Made by a program: the position numbers and the translations under genes | The notes under the pieces: model-generated | The model's input: the letters and a program-made list of their open reading frames with translations, nothing else | Told to the model about the DNA's origin: nothing | Database searches by the model: none | Shown here: positions 9,988 through 18,792 of the stretch, piece by piece | How positions within the stretch are numbered: position 1 is the first letter of the stretch | How the letters are laid out: the number at the start of each line of letters is the position of its first letter | Assembly: GCA_045654725.1 (NCBI GenBank) | Contig: JAZONX010000030.1 | Span: 5,906-69,905 of the forward strand | Origin: Eubacteriales bacterium | GTDB taxonomy: Bacteria > Bacillota > Clostridia > Oscillospirales > CAG-272 | Direction: 5' to 3' | Length of the DNA: 64,000 bases

Positions 9988-11130
9988 ATGGGCAAATTTA
10001 CTTTACTTAAAACCGAGGGCAGGGCGCGTAGAGGTCGCTTTGAAACCGTACACGGTACCATCGAAACCCCCGTTTTTATGAACGTTGGAACATCCGCCGC
10101 TATTAAAGGCGGTATTTCCACAATGGATTTGAAGGAGGTTAATTGTCAGGTAGAGCTTTCTAACACCTACCACCTTCACATACGTCCCGGAGATGATCTT
10201 ATCTATCGCATGGGAGGTCTTCATAAGTTCTTTAATTGGGATAGACCTGTTCTCACTGATTCGGGTGGATTCCAGGTTTTCTCGCTTGCTAAACTTCGCA
10301 AGATCACCGAGGATGGTGTTACCTTCAGCTCACATATGGACGGTAAGCGTATATTTATGGGCCCCGAGGAGTCTATGCAGATTCAGTCGCATCTCGGATC
10401 TACAATAGCTATGGCGTTTGATGAGTGCGTAGAAAATCCCGCCCCCTATCAGTACGTTAAAAATTCTCATGAGAGAACAATTCGCTGGCTCAAGAGATGT
10501 CGCGCGGAAATGGATAGACTTAATGCACAGGAGGGAACAGTAAACCCTCATCAGATGCTTTTCGGTATCAACCAGGGAGGAACTTACGAGGACCTTCGAA
10601 TTGAGAATATGAAGGCTATTCGTGAAATTGAGTGCGATGGCTATGCTATAGGCGGTCTTGCGGTTGGCGAGAGTGCAGATGTTATGTATCACATCATTGA
10701 GACAGTTGAGCCTTATATGCCTGTTGACAAGCCTAGATATCTTATGGGAGTCGGCACTCCTCAAAACATTGTTGAGGCAGTTTATCGCGGTGTTGATTTC
10801 TTCGATTGCGTAATGCCTTCAAGAAATGCTCGCCACGGCAATCTCTTTACCTGGAAGGGAAAGATCAACCTTCTCAACGAAAAGTACGCAGAGGATGAGA
10901 GACCTATTGCCGAGGAGTGTAATTGTCCTGCTTGTCGTCATTATTCCAGAAGTTATATTCGTCACCTCTTTAAGGCACGCGAAGCTCTTGGAATGCGCTT
11001 GGCAGTTCTTCACAATCTTTATTTCTATAACGATTTGATGCAGAAGATTCGTGATGCTCTTGATGAGGATCGCTACGAGGAGTTTTATCACACATACGTT
11101 GACCTTCTCGCAGAACGTCGAAAGGATTAA
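9988..11130 (+). CDS. tgt: tRNA-guanine transglycosylase (bacterial preQ1-type signature)
   Basis: TDSGGFQVFSL, AFDEC, GGLAVGE, RYLMGVG, Zn site CNCPAC...H. Confidence 0.97.
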   Translation: MGKFTLLKTEGRARRGRFETVHGTIETPVFMNVGTSAAIKGGISTMDLKEVNCQVELSNTYHLHIRPGDDLIYRMGGLHKFFNWDRPVLTDSGGFQVFSLAKLRKITEDGVTFSSHMDGKRIFMGPEESMQIQSHLGSTIAMAFDECVENPAPYQYVKNSHERTIRWLKRCRAEMDRLNAQEGTVNPHQMLFGINQGGTYEDLRIENMKAIREIECDGYAIGGLAVGESADVMYHIIETVEPYMPVDKPRYLMGVGTPQNIVEAVYRGVDFFDCVMPSRNARHGNLFTWKGKINLLNEKYAEDERPIAEECNCPACRHYSRSYIRHLFKAREALGMRLAVLHNLYFYNDLMQKIRDALDEDRYEEFYHTYVDLLAERRKD

Positions 11131-11131
11131 T

Positions 11132-12097
11132 ATGGGATTTATTTCAAGGCAGATAGAAAATTTCTATAAAAAAACTGTTTATAAACGTCGCGTTGATGAT
11201 GGTAGCCTTTTCTATTTCAAGGCAAGCGATTTTGACGGACTTGTTAGTGAGGAGTTTTCTTTCTTCACTAAAAGAGGGCATAAGCTAAAGGGGTTCTTTT
11301 ATCATTATCCCAACTTTATGCCAAACCGACTTATCGTTTTTGAACACGGTATGGGCGTTGGACACAGAGCCTATTTTAGGGAAATCGAACGACTTGCTCG
11401 CGCAGGATACCTTATATATTCCTACGATCACACAGGGTGTACCGACTCCGAAGGTGAGCACATTATGGGTCTTTCAGGTTCTATTGCCGACCTAGATGCT
11501 TGCATTACCGCTTTGCTTGAAAAGGGGTATAATCCTGAGCAAATTTCTGTAGTAGGTCATAGCTGGGGTGGATATTCTACAATGAATATTCTTGCATATC
11601 ACCCCAATCTTGCAAGCATCGTTGCGCTTGCCGGATTTGTATCTCTTTACGAGATGCTCGGGCAGGTAATGCCAAAAATCCTTCTGCCATTCAAATCTAC
11701 TATCTATCAACTTGAGGCAAAAACAAATCCCGAATATTACGAAAGCTCTGCGTTGGCAACTTTGAAAAATACAAAGGTTCCGGCGCTGATTATTCACTCT
11801 GTCGATGATGATTCGGTACACTTTGATCGTCATTTTAAGTTGTTAAAAAACAATCTTTCTGACAAGAAAAACATCACTTTCCTCGAGCTTAAGGATAAGA
11901 AGCATAATCCAACCTACACTGTTGATGCGGTTAATTACAAGTCGGATTTCTTCAAAGCTTATTCGAAGCGTGTTAAGAGGGGAAAAAACAAAAATAAGGA
12001 AGAGCATAAAGCATTTCTTATGTCCTACGATTGGCAGAGAATGACAGAGCAGGATGAGGATGTTTGGAGCAAGATATTAGATTTTTTGGCTATGTAG
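11132..12097 (+). CDS. alpha/beta hydrolase (serine aminopeptidase/lipase-like)
   Basis: HGMG, GHSWGG nucleophile elbow, DDSV and H triad candidates; ATG lies 1 nt after the tgt stop (ORF-track start 11051 overlaps tgt). Confidence 0.88.
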   Translation: MGFISRQIENFYKKTVYKRRVDDGSLFYFKASDFDGLVSEEFSFFTKRGHKLKGFFYHYPNFMPNRLIVFEHGMGVGHRAYFREIERLARAGYLIYSYDHTGCTDSEGEHIMGLSGSIADLDACITALLEKGYNPEQISVVGHSWGGYSTMNILAYHPNLASIVALAGFVSLYEMLGQVMPKILLPFKSTIYQLEAKTNPEYYESSALATLKNTKVPALIIHSVDDDSVHFDRHFKLLKNNLSDKKNITFLELKDKKHNPTYTVDAVNYKSDFFKAYSKRVKRGKNKNKEEHKAFLMSYDWQRMTEQDEDVWSKILDFLAM

Positions 12098-12126
12098 ATA
12101 GATTTTAGTAAAAAGGGGGAATAAGT

Positions 12127-13185
12127 ATGAAATTATTGCACTTGCGTTCAATTAGCCTGAAGCTAGTTATGCTTTCGCTTATGCATTTTGCAACGGATGG
12201 GCTTTGTGCTTATCTTGTTTTTGTAAAGCTTTACCCCGACAATCCCGGTGCCGCGTTCCTTATATTTGTTGCTTATAACATACTTGCCTTTGTAACTCAA
12301 TCACCTGTAGGAATGGTTATTGACAAATGTAATAAGCCCAAGCTGTTTCTTGCTGTGAGCATCACTATGATGATTGCCGGATATGCTTTTAGCAACCTAT
12401 GGTTTATCTCTGTTTTTATGATTGGAATTAGCAATTCCATCTTTCATGTGGCGGGCGGAAAATATGTTACCGACAAGAGTGGTAACAGTATAGTGCACCT
12501 CGGTATTTTCGTTTCTACCGGAGCAATTGGCTTGATGCTTGGTCAGAGATACTTTGCCTTTGTGGCTCTGCCTTATATTTTGTTCGGAATTCTTACAATT
12601 TGTGGTTTGTTTGTTATTTTCAGCGAAGACAGTGAAAGTATACCATACACCGAGGAATATGTAAATCCAAAGAGTGTTATTTATCCGTTTTTAGTAGTAC
12701 TAATAATAGTGTTTGCACGTGCATTTGTCGGTAAGGTTGTTTCTCCCGATTTTACTATTAAGGAATATACATTTATTTTGATTGCCCTTGCAACGGCATT
12801 AGGAAAGGCTGTGGGAGGTATTTGTTCTCGAATCTTTGGGATTAAGTCAACAACTTATGTATCCATGATTGCCTCGGCGATCCTGCTTACTTTCGGGATT
12901 GGAAATGAGATAAGCTTTCTTCTGGGCGTTTTTGCCTTTAATTTTACAATGCCGATTACACTTTATTTTGCAAACATTTTGCTTAAGGGAAGAGAAGGAT
13001 TTGCTTTCGGAAGTTTGGCGGCAACGCTGGCTCCCGGATACTTCCTTGCTATGTCGTTTTCATATTCAACTGCTATGCGTATAGCAACAGCTCTCCTTTG
13101 TGTTTTATCTATGATATCTATTATTATCATTTTGAGGAGGATAAGAAATGTTGCTCTCCCTCTTATTGTTGACAATAATTCTTGA
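12127..13185 (+). CDS. MFS-fold membrane protein, Fsr-like
   Basis: About 12 hydrophobic segments; HFATD, GISNSIFHVAGG, GKAVGG; RBS GGGGG upstream. Confidence 0.75.
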   Translation: MKLLHLRSISLKLVMLSLMHFATDGLCAYLVFVKLYPDNPGAAFLIFVAYNILAFVTQSPVGMVIDKCNKPKLFLAVSITMMIAGYAFSNLWFISVFMIGISNSIFHVAGGKYVTDKSGNSIVHLGIFVSTGAIGLMLGQRYFAFVALPYILFGILTICGLFVIFSEDSESIPYTEEYVNPKSVIYPFLVVLIIVFARAFVGKVVSPDFTIKEYTFILIALATALGKAVGGICSRIFGIKSTTYVSMIASAILLTFGIGNEISFLLGVFAFNFTMPITLYFANILLKGREGFAFGSLAATLAPGYFLAMSFSYSTAMRIATALLCVLSMISIIIILRRIRNVALPLIVDNNS

Positions 13186-13474
13186 GTGTTTAGCTCTGTT
13201 TGTATTGGGAGAGAAAAAAACGGAGTTTTATATTTTTTGGATCGCTTTAACATCATTTACAAATCTTGTTGCGAATATATACTGCATTTACATTTTTTCC
13301 GGAAGCTATGTTGAGTACATAATCACAGGAGTAGTTATAGAAATACTTGTATTTCTCATAGAATTTCTTTTGTGCTTTGCATATACCAAAAATAAAATTA
13401 AGAGCTTGAAATATAGCGCCATATGTAATACCACGAGTGTGATTTTAGGTTTATTAATTCAATTAATTATTTAA
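13148..13474 (+). CDS. small 4-TM membrane protein with polar residues in its helices (TxxxE, TN..N, ExxVxxxE, NxxS)
   Basis: GAGGAGG RBS at 13134-13140; overlaps the MFS 3' end; 108 aa. Confidence 0.85.
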   Translation: MLLSLLLLTIILECLALFVLGEKKTEFYIFWIALTSFTNLVANIYCIYIFSGSYVEYIITGVVIEILVFLIEFLLCFAYTKNKIKSLKYSAICNTTSVILGLLIQLII

Positions 13475-13491
13475 TATAAGGAGGATATCTT

Positions 13492-13665
13492 ATGTCTTTA
13501 CTTGATGTGTTGCCCGAAAGAGCTCCCTTGGTTGTGAAGGATACATCGTCCGATGGACCGATGGCTTCAATCTTTTCTCGTCCTGAGGTCATTGCTGCAG
13601 CAGCTGTTATAGGAGTTGCTATAATCGCGCTTGTTGTTATGATTGTTGTCCAAAGAAAGAAATAA
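13492..13665 (+). CDS. 57-aa single-TM micropeptide MSLLDVLPERAPLVVKDTSS...IVVQRKK (not in ORF track)
   Basis: AAGGAGG RBS at 13478-13484, ATG 13492, TAA 13663-13665; C-terminal TM helix and basic tail. Confidence 0.85.
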   Translation: MSLLDVLPERAPLVVKDTSSDGPMASIFSRPEVIAAAAVIGVAIIALVVMIVVQRKK

Positions 13666-13670
13666 GAGTA

Positions 13671-13811
13671 GTGTTTGCTATAAAGGTAAATGTAATTGAT
13701 GTTATTTCGCCTGTTGTAGTTTCCGAAGATACAATTTCATTGTTTGCAATAGTTATGGCCGTTGTTGCGTTGGCCATCGTTTTTGGTATTATAATTAAAA
13801 AGAAAATGTAG
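13671..13811 (+). CDS. 46-aa single-TM micropeptide MFAIKVNVIDVISPVVVSEDTIS...GIIIKKKM (not in ORF track)
   Basis: GTG 5 nt after the previous stop, TAG 13809-13811; same architecture and motifs as the upstream micropeptide; weak RBS. Confidence 0.65.
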   Translation: MFAIKVNVIDVISPVVVSEDTISLFAIVMAVVALAIVFGIIIKKKM

Positions 13812-13821
13812 TTTTTTACAT

Positions 13822-13859
13822 AAAAAGGGAGAACCAAAATTGGTTCTCCCTAAATTTTT
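13822..13859. terminator. bidirectional terminator
   Basis: AGGGAGAACCA-AAAT-TGGTTCTCCCT between convergent genes. Confidence 0.85.
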
Positions 13860-13861
13860 GC

Positions 13862-14269
13862 TTATTTATTGGTTAGATCGGGATTATGTTCGCCACAACT
13901 TCCATCAAACATGCCCGTCATATCGCAGAAAAATTTACCGTCAGTCATTTTAAAGCCAATAGCCTTAATAAAATCATCACTCGCGGCGCCGTCAATAGCA
14001 TAGCAGGTGTGCACACCGCACAAATCAATGAAATTCATAGTCTGTCTGGCAAGAATAAACATTGCTTCGAAATCATTTCTTCCGGGACCTTCTTTGATAT
14101 CGTATATGTATCCGCTTTTGGCAATCTCAAACTGCGACATACCCATAATTTCGCCGCTGTCTACGTCAAACATCTGATAAGCGAATGCATCAGCACGGAA
14201 CTCTGTATTACAAAGCTCGCAGATTCTTTTTTGCTCTGACTTTTCCTGAATAGGCGTAATTTTAAACAT
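13862..14269 (-). CDS. hypothetical protein (possible degenerate GNAT-like fold)
   Basis: 135 aa; TAATG overlap with the rluB stop. Confidence 0.7.
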   Translation of the reverse strand: MFKITPIQEKSEQKRICELCNTEFRADAFAYQMFDVDSGEIMGMSQFEIAKSGYIYDIKEGPGRNDFEAMFILARQTMNFIDLCGVHTCYAIDGAASDDFIKAIGFKMTDGKFFCDMTGMFDGSCGEHNPDLTNK

Positions 14270-15000
14270 TATTTATGCTCCTTGGTGGCCTTGTAAAGAT
14301 AGTCTACCTCGCTTTGCTCAAGGTATCTCCACTTTCCAACAGGAAGACCGTCGAGCTTTAAATTGCCGATGGAAACTCTTGAAAGACGCTTAACGGTAAG
14401 CTCTGCCGCCTCACACATCTTTCTGATCTGACGGTTTCTGCCCTCAAATAGAGTGAATTTAAGCACCGTTCCGGTTTCGTCCTCGCCGGTTACAACAACG
14501 TCAACCGGCTTGATCCTGTATCCGTCTATTTCCAGGGCAGAGGTGAGAATATCATACTGCGTTTGCGATACGGATTCGCTAACCTTAACTCTGTAAATCT
14601 TGGGAATTGTGTGACTGGGATGAGTGAGGCGATTTTTGAGTTCACCGTCATCGGTTAGGAGAATCATACCTTCAGAGATCAAATCAAGTCGCCCAACGGG
14701 ATAAACCCTCGTGTCAACTCCGACCAGAAGATCGGTAACACACTTTCTACCTCTGTCATCCGTGGTCGAGGAGAGGTATCCTCTGGGTTTGTTCAACATT
14801 ATATATGTGTATTTTTTTCTCTCATATCTGATTCTCTTGCCCTTGTAAGCAACAACGTCTTTCGCGGGATCAATCTTTGTGCCTATTGCGGCAACGTGAC
14901 CGTTTACCGAGAAATTACCTCGTTCAATCTCGCCTTCAGCGGCTCTGCGTGACATAAGGCCGGAATCGGCGATGAATTTTTGAAGTCTGACTTTTTCCAT
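14269..15000 (-). CDS. rluB: rRNA pseudouridine synthase (RluB/RsuA family)
   Basis: S4 domain RLQKFIADSG...SRRAAE, catalytic GRLD, EGRNRQIRKM; start at ATG after GGAG. Confidence 0.92.
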   Translation of the reverse strand: MEKVRLQKFIADSGLMSRRAAEGEIERGNFSVNGHVAAIGTKIDPAKDVVAYKGKRIRYERKKYTYIMLNKPRGYLSSTTDDRGRKCVTDLLVGVDTRVYPVGRLDLISEGMILLTDDGELKNRLTHPSHTIPKIYRVKVSESVSQTQYDILTSALEIDGYRIKPVDVVVTGEDETGTVLKFTLFEGRNRQIRKMCEAAELTVKRLSRVSIGNLKLDGLPVGKWRYLEQSEVDYLYKATKEHK

Positions 15001-15022
15001 TGTTTTCTCCGTTGTCAAAATA

Positions 15023-16159
15023 TTATTTGAAAATAGAAATAATTTTCTTTAAAATGCTATCTTTTTGTTTAACGCCAACATTCTCCGCGGCAACAAGACT
15101 AACTCTTGCGCTTTTGACTCCGTCAACGGTATAGATTATCTCTCCAAGAAGGTCACCGCGCTTAATTGGGGCAATGCAATAGCGAACAAGCTTTACCTGT
15201 TCGTCAATATTATGATTATCTTTTTTAAGAACAAGACTTGCCCCCTCGGGATTTAAAACGCTGATGACGTCCTTGCTGCCGCCAATAACGGGGAGCTTGT
15301 AGATGTGATCAAATGGATCTGCTAAATGAACCTTTTCGACACATTCGTAACAGTAATCAAGCATGGTCTTGTGATCATTCCAATCATTAGGTGCATTTAA
15401 GGTAACTCCAACGCATCTTAAGTCGTTTTTTTCTGCAGCGCTGACAAGACATCTTCCGCTTTTCTTTGTAAAGCCCGTCTTGACTCCAACACATCCGTCA
15501 TAGCTTAATAGCAATTTGTTGTGATTAACGTAGGTTCGAGTGCGATCCTCTGTGGAGAAGGTCTTCTTGTAAGTTGAGCTGATCTTTTTGAGCATATCAT
15601 TATCAAGAGCGGCAGCGGCAATAATTGCAAGGTCCTCTGCTGTGGTGTAATGATCGTCATCGTGAAGACCGTGGGGGTTTGTAAAATGTGTATTCGACAG
15701 CCCGAGAGAGGAAGCTTTTTCGTTCATTAATCCGGCAAAGTCCTCAACGTTGCCACTTATATGGTATGCAATAGCAACAGCCGCGTCGTTGGCGCTTTGA
15801 AGGAGAAGGGCATAAAGCAGCTCTTCCATAGTCAGGACGTCACCTTTACGCAAGTACGCCGAAGATCCCTCAACTCCTATTGCAGAATCGTCAATTTCAA
15901 CTGTGTCAGATATATTTGAGTTCTCAATGGCTACTAATGCTGTCATAATCTTTGTTGTGCTCGCCATTGGCATAATATTGTCTGAGTTTTTGAGATAAAG
16001 AAATTCTTTTGTTTCAGGGATATAAAGCGCGGCAGAATGCGCGCTTACGTTGGGCTTACTTTCTTTCTGTGCGCCAAAGGCGTAGATCGTCATAATCGAA
16101 AAAAACAAAGTGACGATCAACAGTAGCGCAATATAAAAATTAGGATTGTATCGTTTCAT
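15023..16159 (-). CDS. dacB: D-alanyl-D-alanine carboxypeptidase (peptidase S11, DacB-like)
   Basis: SxxK (ASTTK), SxN (SAN), KTG; signal/TM segment; ytfI-gerW-dacB context. Confidence 0.85.
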   Translation of the reverse strand: MKRYNPNFYIALLLIVTLFFSIMTIYAFGAQKESKPNVSAHSAALYIPETKEFLYLKNSDNIMPMASTTKIMTALVAIENSNISDTVEIDDSAIGVEGSSAYLRKGDVLTMEELLYALLLQSANDAAVAIAYHISGNVEDFAGLMNEKASSLGLSNTHFTNPHGLHDDDHYTTAEDLAIIAAAALDNDMLKKISSTYKKTFSTEDRTRTYVNHNKLLLSYDGCVGVKTGFTKKSGRCLVSAAEKNDLRCVGVTLNAPNDWNDHKTMLDYCYECVEKVHLADPFDHIYKLPVIGGSKDVISVLNPEGASLVLKKDNHNIDEQVKLVRYCIAPIKRGDLLGEIIYTVDGVKSARVSLVAAENVGVKQKDSILKKIISIFK

Positions 16160-16180
16160 TTTTGACTCCCGTTTTTTCAT

Positions 16181-16209
16181 ATCTTCTGAAGGAAAAGCGA
16201 GAAGTATTC
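16181..16209 (-). promoter_or_regulatory. putative sigma-E promoter of dacB
   Basis: GAATA-16nt-CAGAAGAT on the minus strand (one mismatch to CATAnnnT). Confidence 0.45.
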
Positions 16210-16217
16210 AATGAAAT

Positions 16218-16595
16218 TTATGACAATACAGTCTTAATCTTGTCAATTATTTCAGGCGATTTCTCAATAAGATCGGTTATCTTTTCGATTTGTGAGCCCG
16301 AACTATTTATGTGAATAATATTAACCTCGGCATCCCTCCCAACGGTAAGGAAGGCGATAGGCGTTATAGAAAGTCCGCTTCCACCACCGCCGCCGAAGTT
16401 TTGATTTATTGAGCTTCTTCTCTCGCCATAATCAACGCCGCCCGTCGCAATTCCCATAGACACCTTGGAAACAGGGATAACTGTTACACCGCTAGGCGTC
16501 GTAATAGCGTTTCCAATAGCGCTTTCAAGATCGCTAAAGCTTTTGATTCCTTCGAGGGAAGCCTTGATAATGTCGCTCATTCTATTCTCTGACAT
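16218..16595 (-). CDS. gerW: sporulation/germination protein GerW (YtfJ)
   Basis: VIPVSKVSMG, FGGGGGSGLSITPIAFL. Confidence 0.92.
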   Translation of the reverse strand: MSENRMSDIIKASLEGIKSFSDLESAIGNAITTPSGVTVIPVSKVSMGIATGGVDYGERRSSINQNFGGGGGSGLSITPIAFLTVGRDAEVNIIHINSSGSQIEKITDLIEKSPEIIDKIKTVLS

Positions 16596-17130
16596 TTTTA
16601 TCCATCCTTGCACGTTTCTTTTCTTTTGTCAAATGAAATTTGTAGGTCATTATCGCTTGGACAAACTCGTATAATCTCGGCTTCGCTGTCAAGTGAAATT
16701 GCGTTTTAGATATGTCAGGGGATAGAATGAATGTATTATCGTCTATCGTTATTTTTTTCGTTTTTGTTCTAAAATATGCAATAATTGAAAAAATAATAAA
16801 CTGTTGTCTGATTTGTTTTGAAAAGCTTCCTACAAGCAGATCATCTTCTCTTATCGGAATTACTATTTTGTGAATTTCAATATCGCAGGATTCGATTTTT
16901 TTAATGACGGCAGAGATAATACGGATATAAGCATATGGTGAAAGTTTATCTTTCCTTTTAGCTTTTCTTTTATCTCTGTCGTCACTTCGGGAATCAAGGT
17001 GCAAGGCAATTATCGGTAGGTGAACCTGCAGGTTGATTTTATCGTTTTTTTTAACAACAACCCATACCTCGCGGGTTGAAACGTAAAATATCAAAAACAG
17101 CATCAAAATAGCAACCTGAATAATCGCCAT
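16582..17130 (-). CDS. YtfI/DUF2953-like protein
   Basis: N-terminal TM, basic protein directly upstream of gerW; divergent sequence. Confidence 0.6.
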   Translation of the reverse strand: MAIIQVAILMLFLIFYVSTREVWVVVKKNDKINLQVHLPIIALHLDSRSDDRDKRKAKRKDKLSPYAYIRIISAVIKKIESCDIEIHKIVIPIREDDLLVGSFSKQIRQQFIIFSIIAYFRTKTKKITIDDNTFILSPDISKTQFHLTAKPRLYEFVQAIMTYKFHLTKEKKRARMDKNVRE

Positions 17131-17136
17131 GCATCC

Positions 17137-17937
17137 TTAGACCTCGTCAATTATGATATCATCCTCTGCGGACTGGTCGTCCTCGTATGTATTAGGTTCT
17201 ACAGTAACCTCTTCGGCAACTGCGGATATGCGATCGATAGCGTCTGCTTCCGCCATAATCTCGAGGTCTGCTTCTGAAAGGGAAATCTGCGAATCGTCAA
17301 CCTGGTCGGCATACTCCTCAGCTCCGTCAAGCTTCGCAAACATGAGCTTGATTTCCTCAGCAGTCTGGGGAAGGGCATCAATGGTGGAAAGTCCAAATGC
17401 GCGAAGGAAGTCGGGAGTTGTACCATAAAGCATAGGACGTCCTGGCGCATCAAGTCTACCCTTGCACTCTATAAGACCTCTGTCGATGAGGTTATTCATT
17501 GCATAGGATGAGTCAACGCGACGAAGGGTATCGACGAATACTCTCGTAACAGGCTGATTGTATGCAACGATTGCAAGAGCTTCCATTGACGACGTAGAAA
17601 GCGAGCCGCTTTTTTTAATGCCTAGTGCCTCGCGTATTTCGTTGAGATAGTACTTTTTGGTGCAAAGCTGACAGCTGTCTGCGTATGTAAGTAGAATGAC
17701 ACCTCTCGGAATTTCAGAGTTGTTGTAGATTTCGGAGTATTTTATAATATCCTCCTTGACCTTCGCGGGGGTGGATTCAAAAACTCTCGCTAGAGTAGCA
17801 TAGGAAATGGGGTGACCTGCCGCAAAGAGGATAGCCTCAAGTGCTTCTTCAAATACCACAGCGCGCTCCTCGGTAGGAACAGGAGGTGCGGTTACAACGG
17901 ATTCATCCTGCTTTTCTTCTATAATAATTTCACTCAT
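17137..17937 (-). CDS. scpB: segregation and condensation protein B
   Basis: LEAILFAAG, EALAIVAYNQPVTR, GRPMLYGTTPDFL; acidic tail. Confidence 0.95.
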   Translation of the reverse strand: MSEIIIEEKQDESVVTAPPVPTEERAVVFEEALEAILFAAGHPISYATLARVFESTPAKVKEDIIKYSEIYNNSEIPRGVILLTYADSCQLCTKKYYLNEIREALGIKKSGSLSTSSMEALAIVAYNQPVTRVFVDTLRRVDSSYAMNNLIDRGLIECKGRLDAPGRPMLYGTTPDFLRAFGLSTIDALPQTAEEIKLMFAKLDGAEEYADQVDDSQISLSEADLEIMAEADAIDRISAVAEEVTVEPNTYEDDQSAEDDIIIDEV

Positions 17938-17939
17938 TT

Positions 17940-18767
17940 TTATTCATCCTTTTGACTGACGTTTTCTTCGGGAATAGTGTCGAATTCGCTCTGCGCATCT
18001 TCGGGTGGAATGTAATCGGGGTTAAGTGTGAACATCATTTCCAGTCCGCTTTCGTTGTATTCTACAACGTCTTCGATTACGGTCACTGTTGTTATAATAA
18101 CTCTACGGAGTTTAATAAGTTCAAGAATACCCATAAATCTCGCGACTAATTCAGATCGCGACTCTGAGTCCTTGAGAAGGAAGAAGAGAGAAGCTTCCTC
18201 TTGCTCCTCGAGAATGCCGCACATCTGTTCTATTTTTTCTTCAACGGAGATGACCTTGTGTTTAATTAGGGGATTAACAAGCTCGGTGGGGTGCTTAAGC
18301 GCCTCAGCAACCTTCATTCGTTTTAGCACCGATTCAAGTGCTTTGACAAGCATTTGTGCGTCGAGATTAAGTGGGAGTCCCTTTTCGGGGGGGATGTCGT
18401 CCGTTCCCTTAACGAATCTACCCGAGTATTCTTCATACCTTGGGCGAAGCTCCTTTGCAACCAGCTTTGCCTGTTGATAAAGCATAAGTGCATCGGCAAT
18501 CTCACGTCGAGGATCGTTTTCACCGCCTTCCTCGTGGGGAAGGAGCATACGACTTTTGATGAGCATAAGCTCGCTCGCCATAACGATAAATTCACTTGCG
18601 ATATCGGGGTCCATCTTTTGCGCCTGCTCGATGTATTCCATATACTGATCGCATATTAGTGCAATAGGAATATCCGTAATACTCACCTTGTTTTTGCTGA
18701 TCAGCGTAAGAAGAAGATCAAGCGGGCCTTCGAATTGGTCAAGGCGATATGTTACCTGTTCAATCAT
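17940..18767 (-). CDS. scpA: segregation and condensation protein A
   Basis: FEGPLDLLL, IKSRMLLP, FMGILELIK. Confidence 0.95.
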   Translation of the reverse strand: MIEQVTYRLDQFEGPLDLLLTLISKNKVSITDIPIALICDQYMEYIEQAQKMDPDIASEFIVMASELMLIKSRMLLPHEEGGENDPRREIADALMLYQQAKLVAKELRPRYEEYSGRFVKGTDDIPPEKGLPLNLDAQMLVKALESVLKRMKVAEALKHPTELVNPLIKHKVISVEEKIEQMCGILEEQEEASLFFLLKDSESRSELVARFMGILELIKLRRVIITTVTVIEDVVEYNESGLEMMFTLNPDYIPPEDAQSEFDTIPEENVSQKDE

Positions 18768-18792
18768 AATAAAATCCTTTCAAAGTAAGGGG

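Noticed and set aside
11051-11131. N-terminal extension of the hydrolase given in the ORF track
   Set aside because: Overlaps tgt; ATG 11132 after AAAGGA is the better start.
13637-13837. 66-aa minus-strand ORF over the micropeptides
   Set aside because: Starts inside the terminator hairpin; the plus-strand ORFs have an RBS (ORF1) and a coherent TM architecture.
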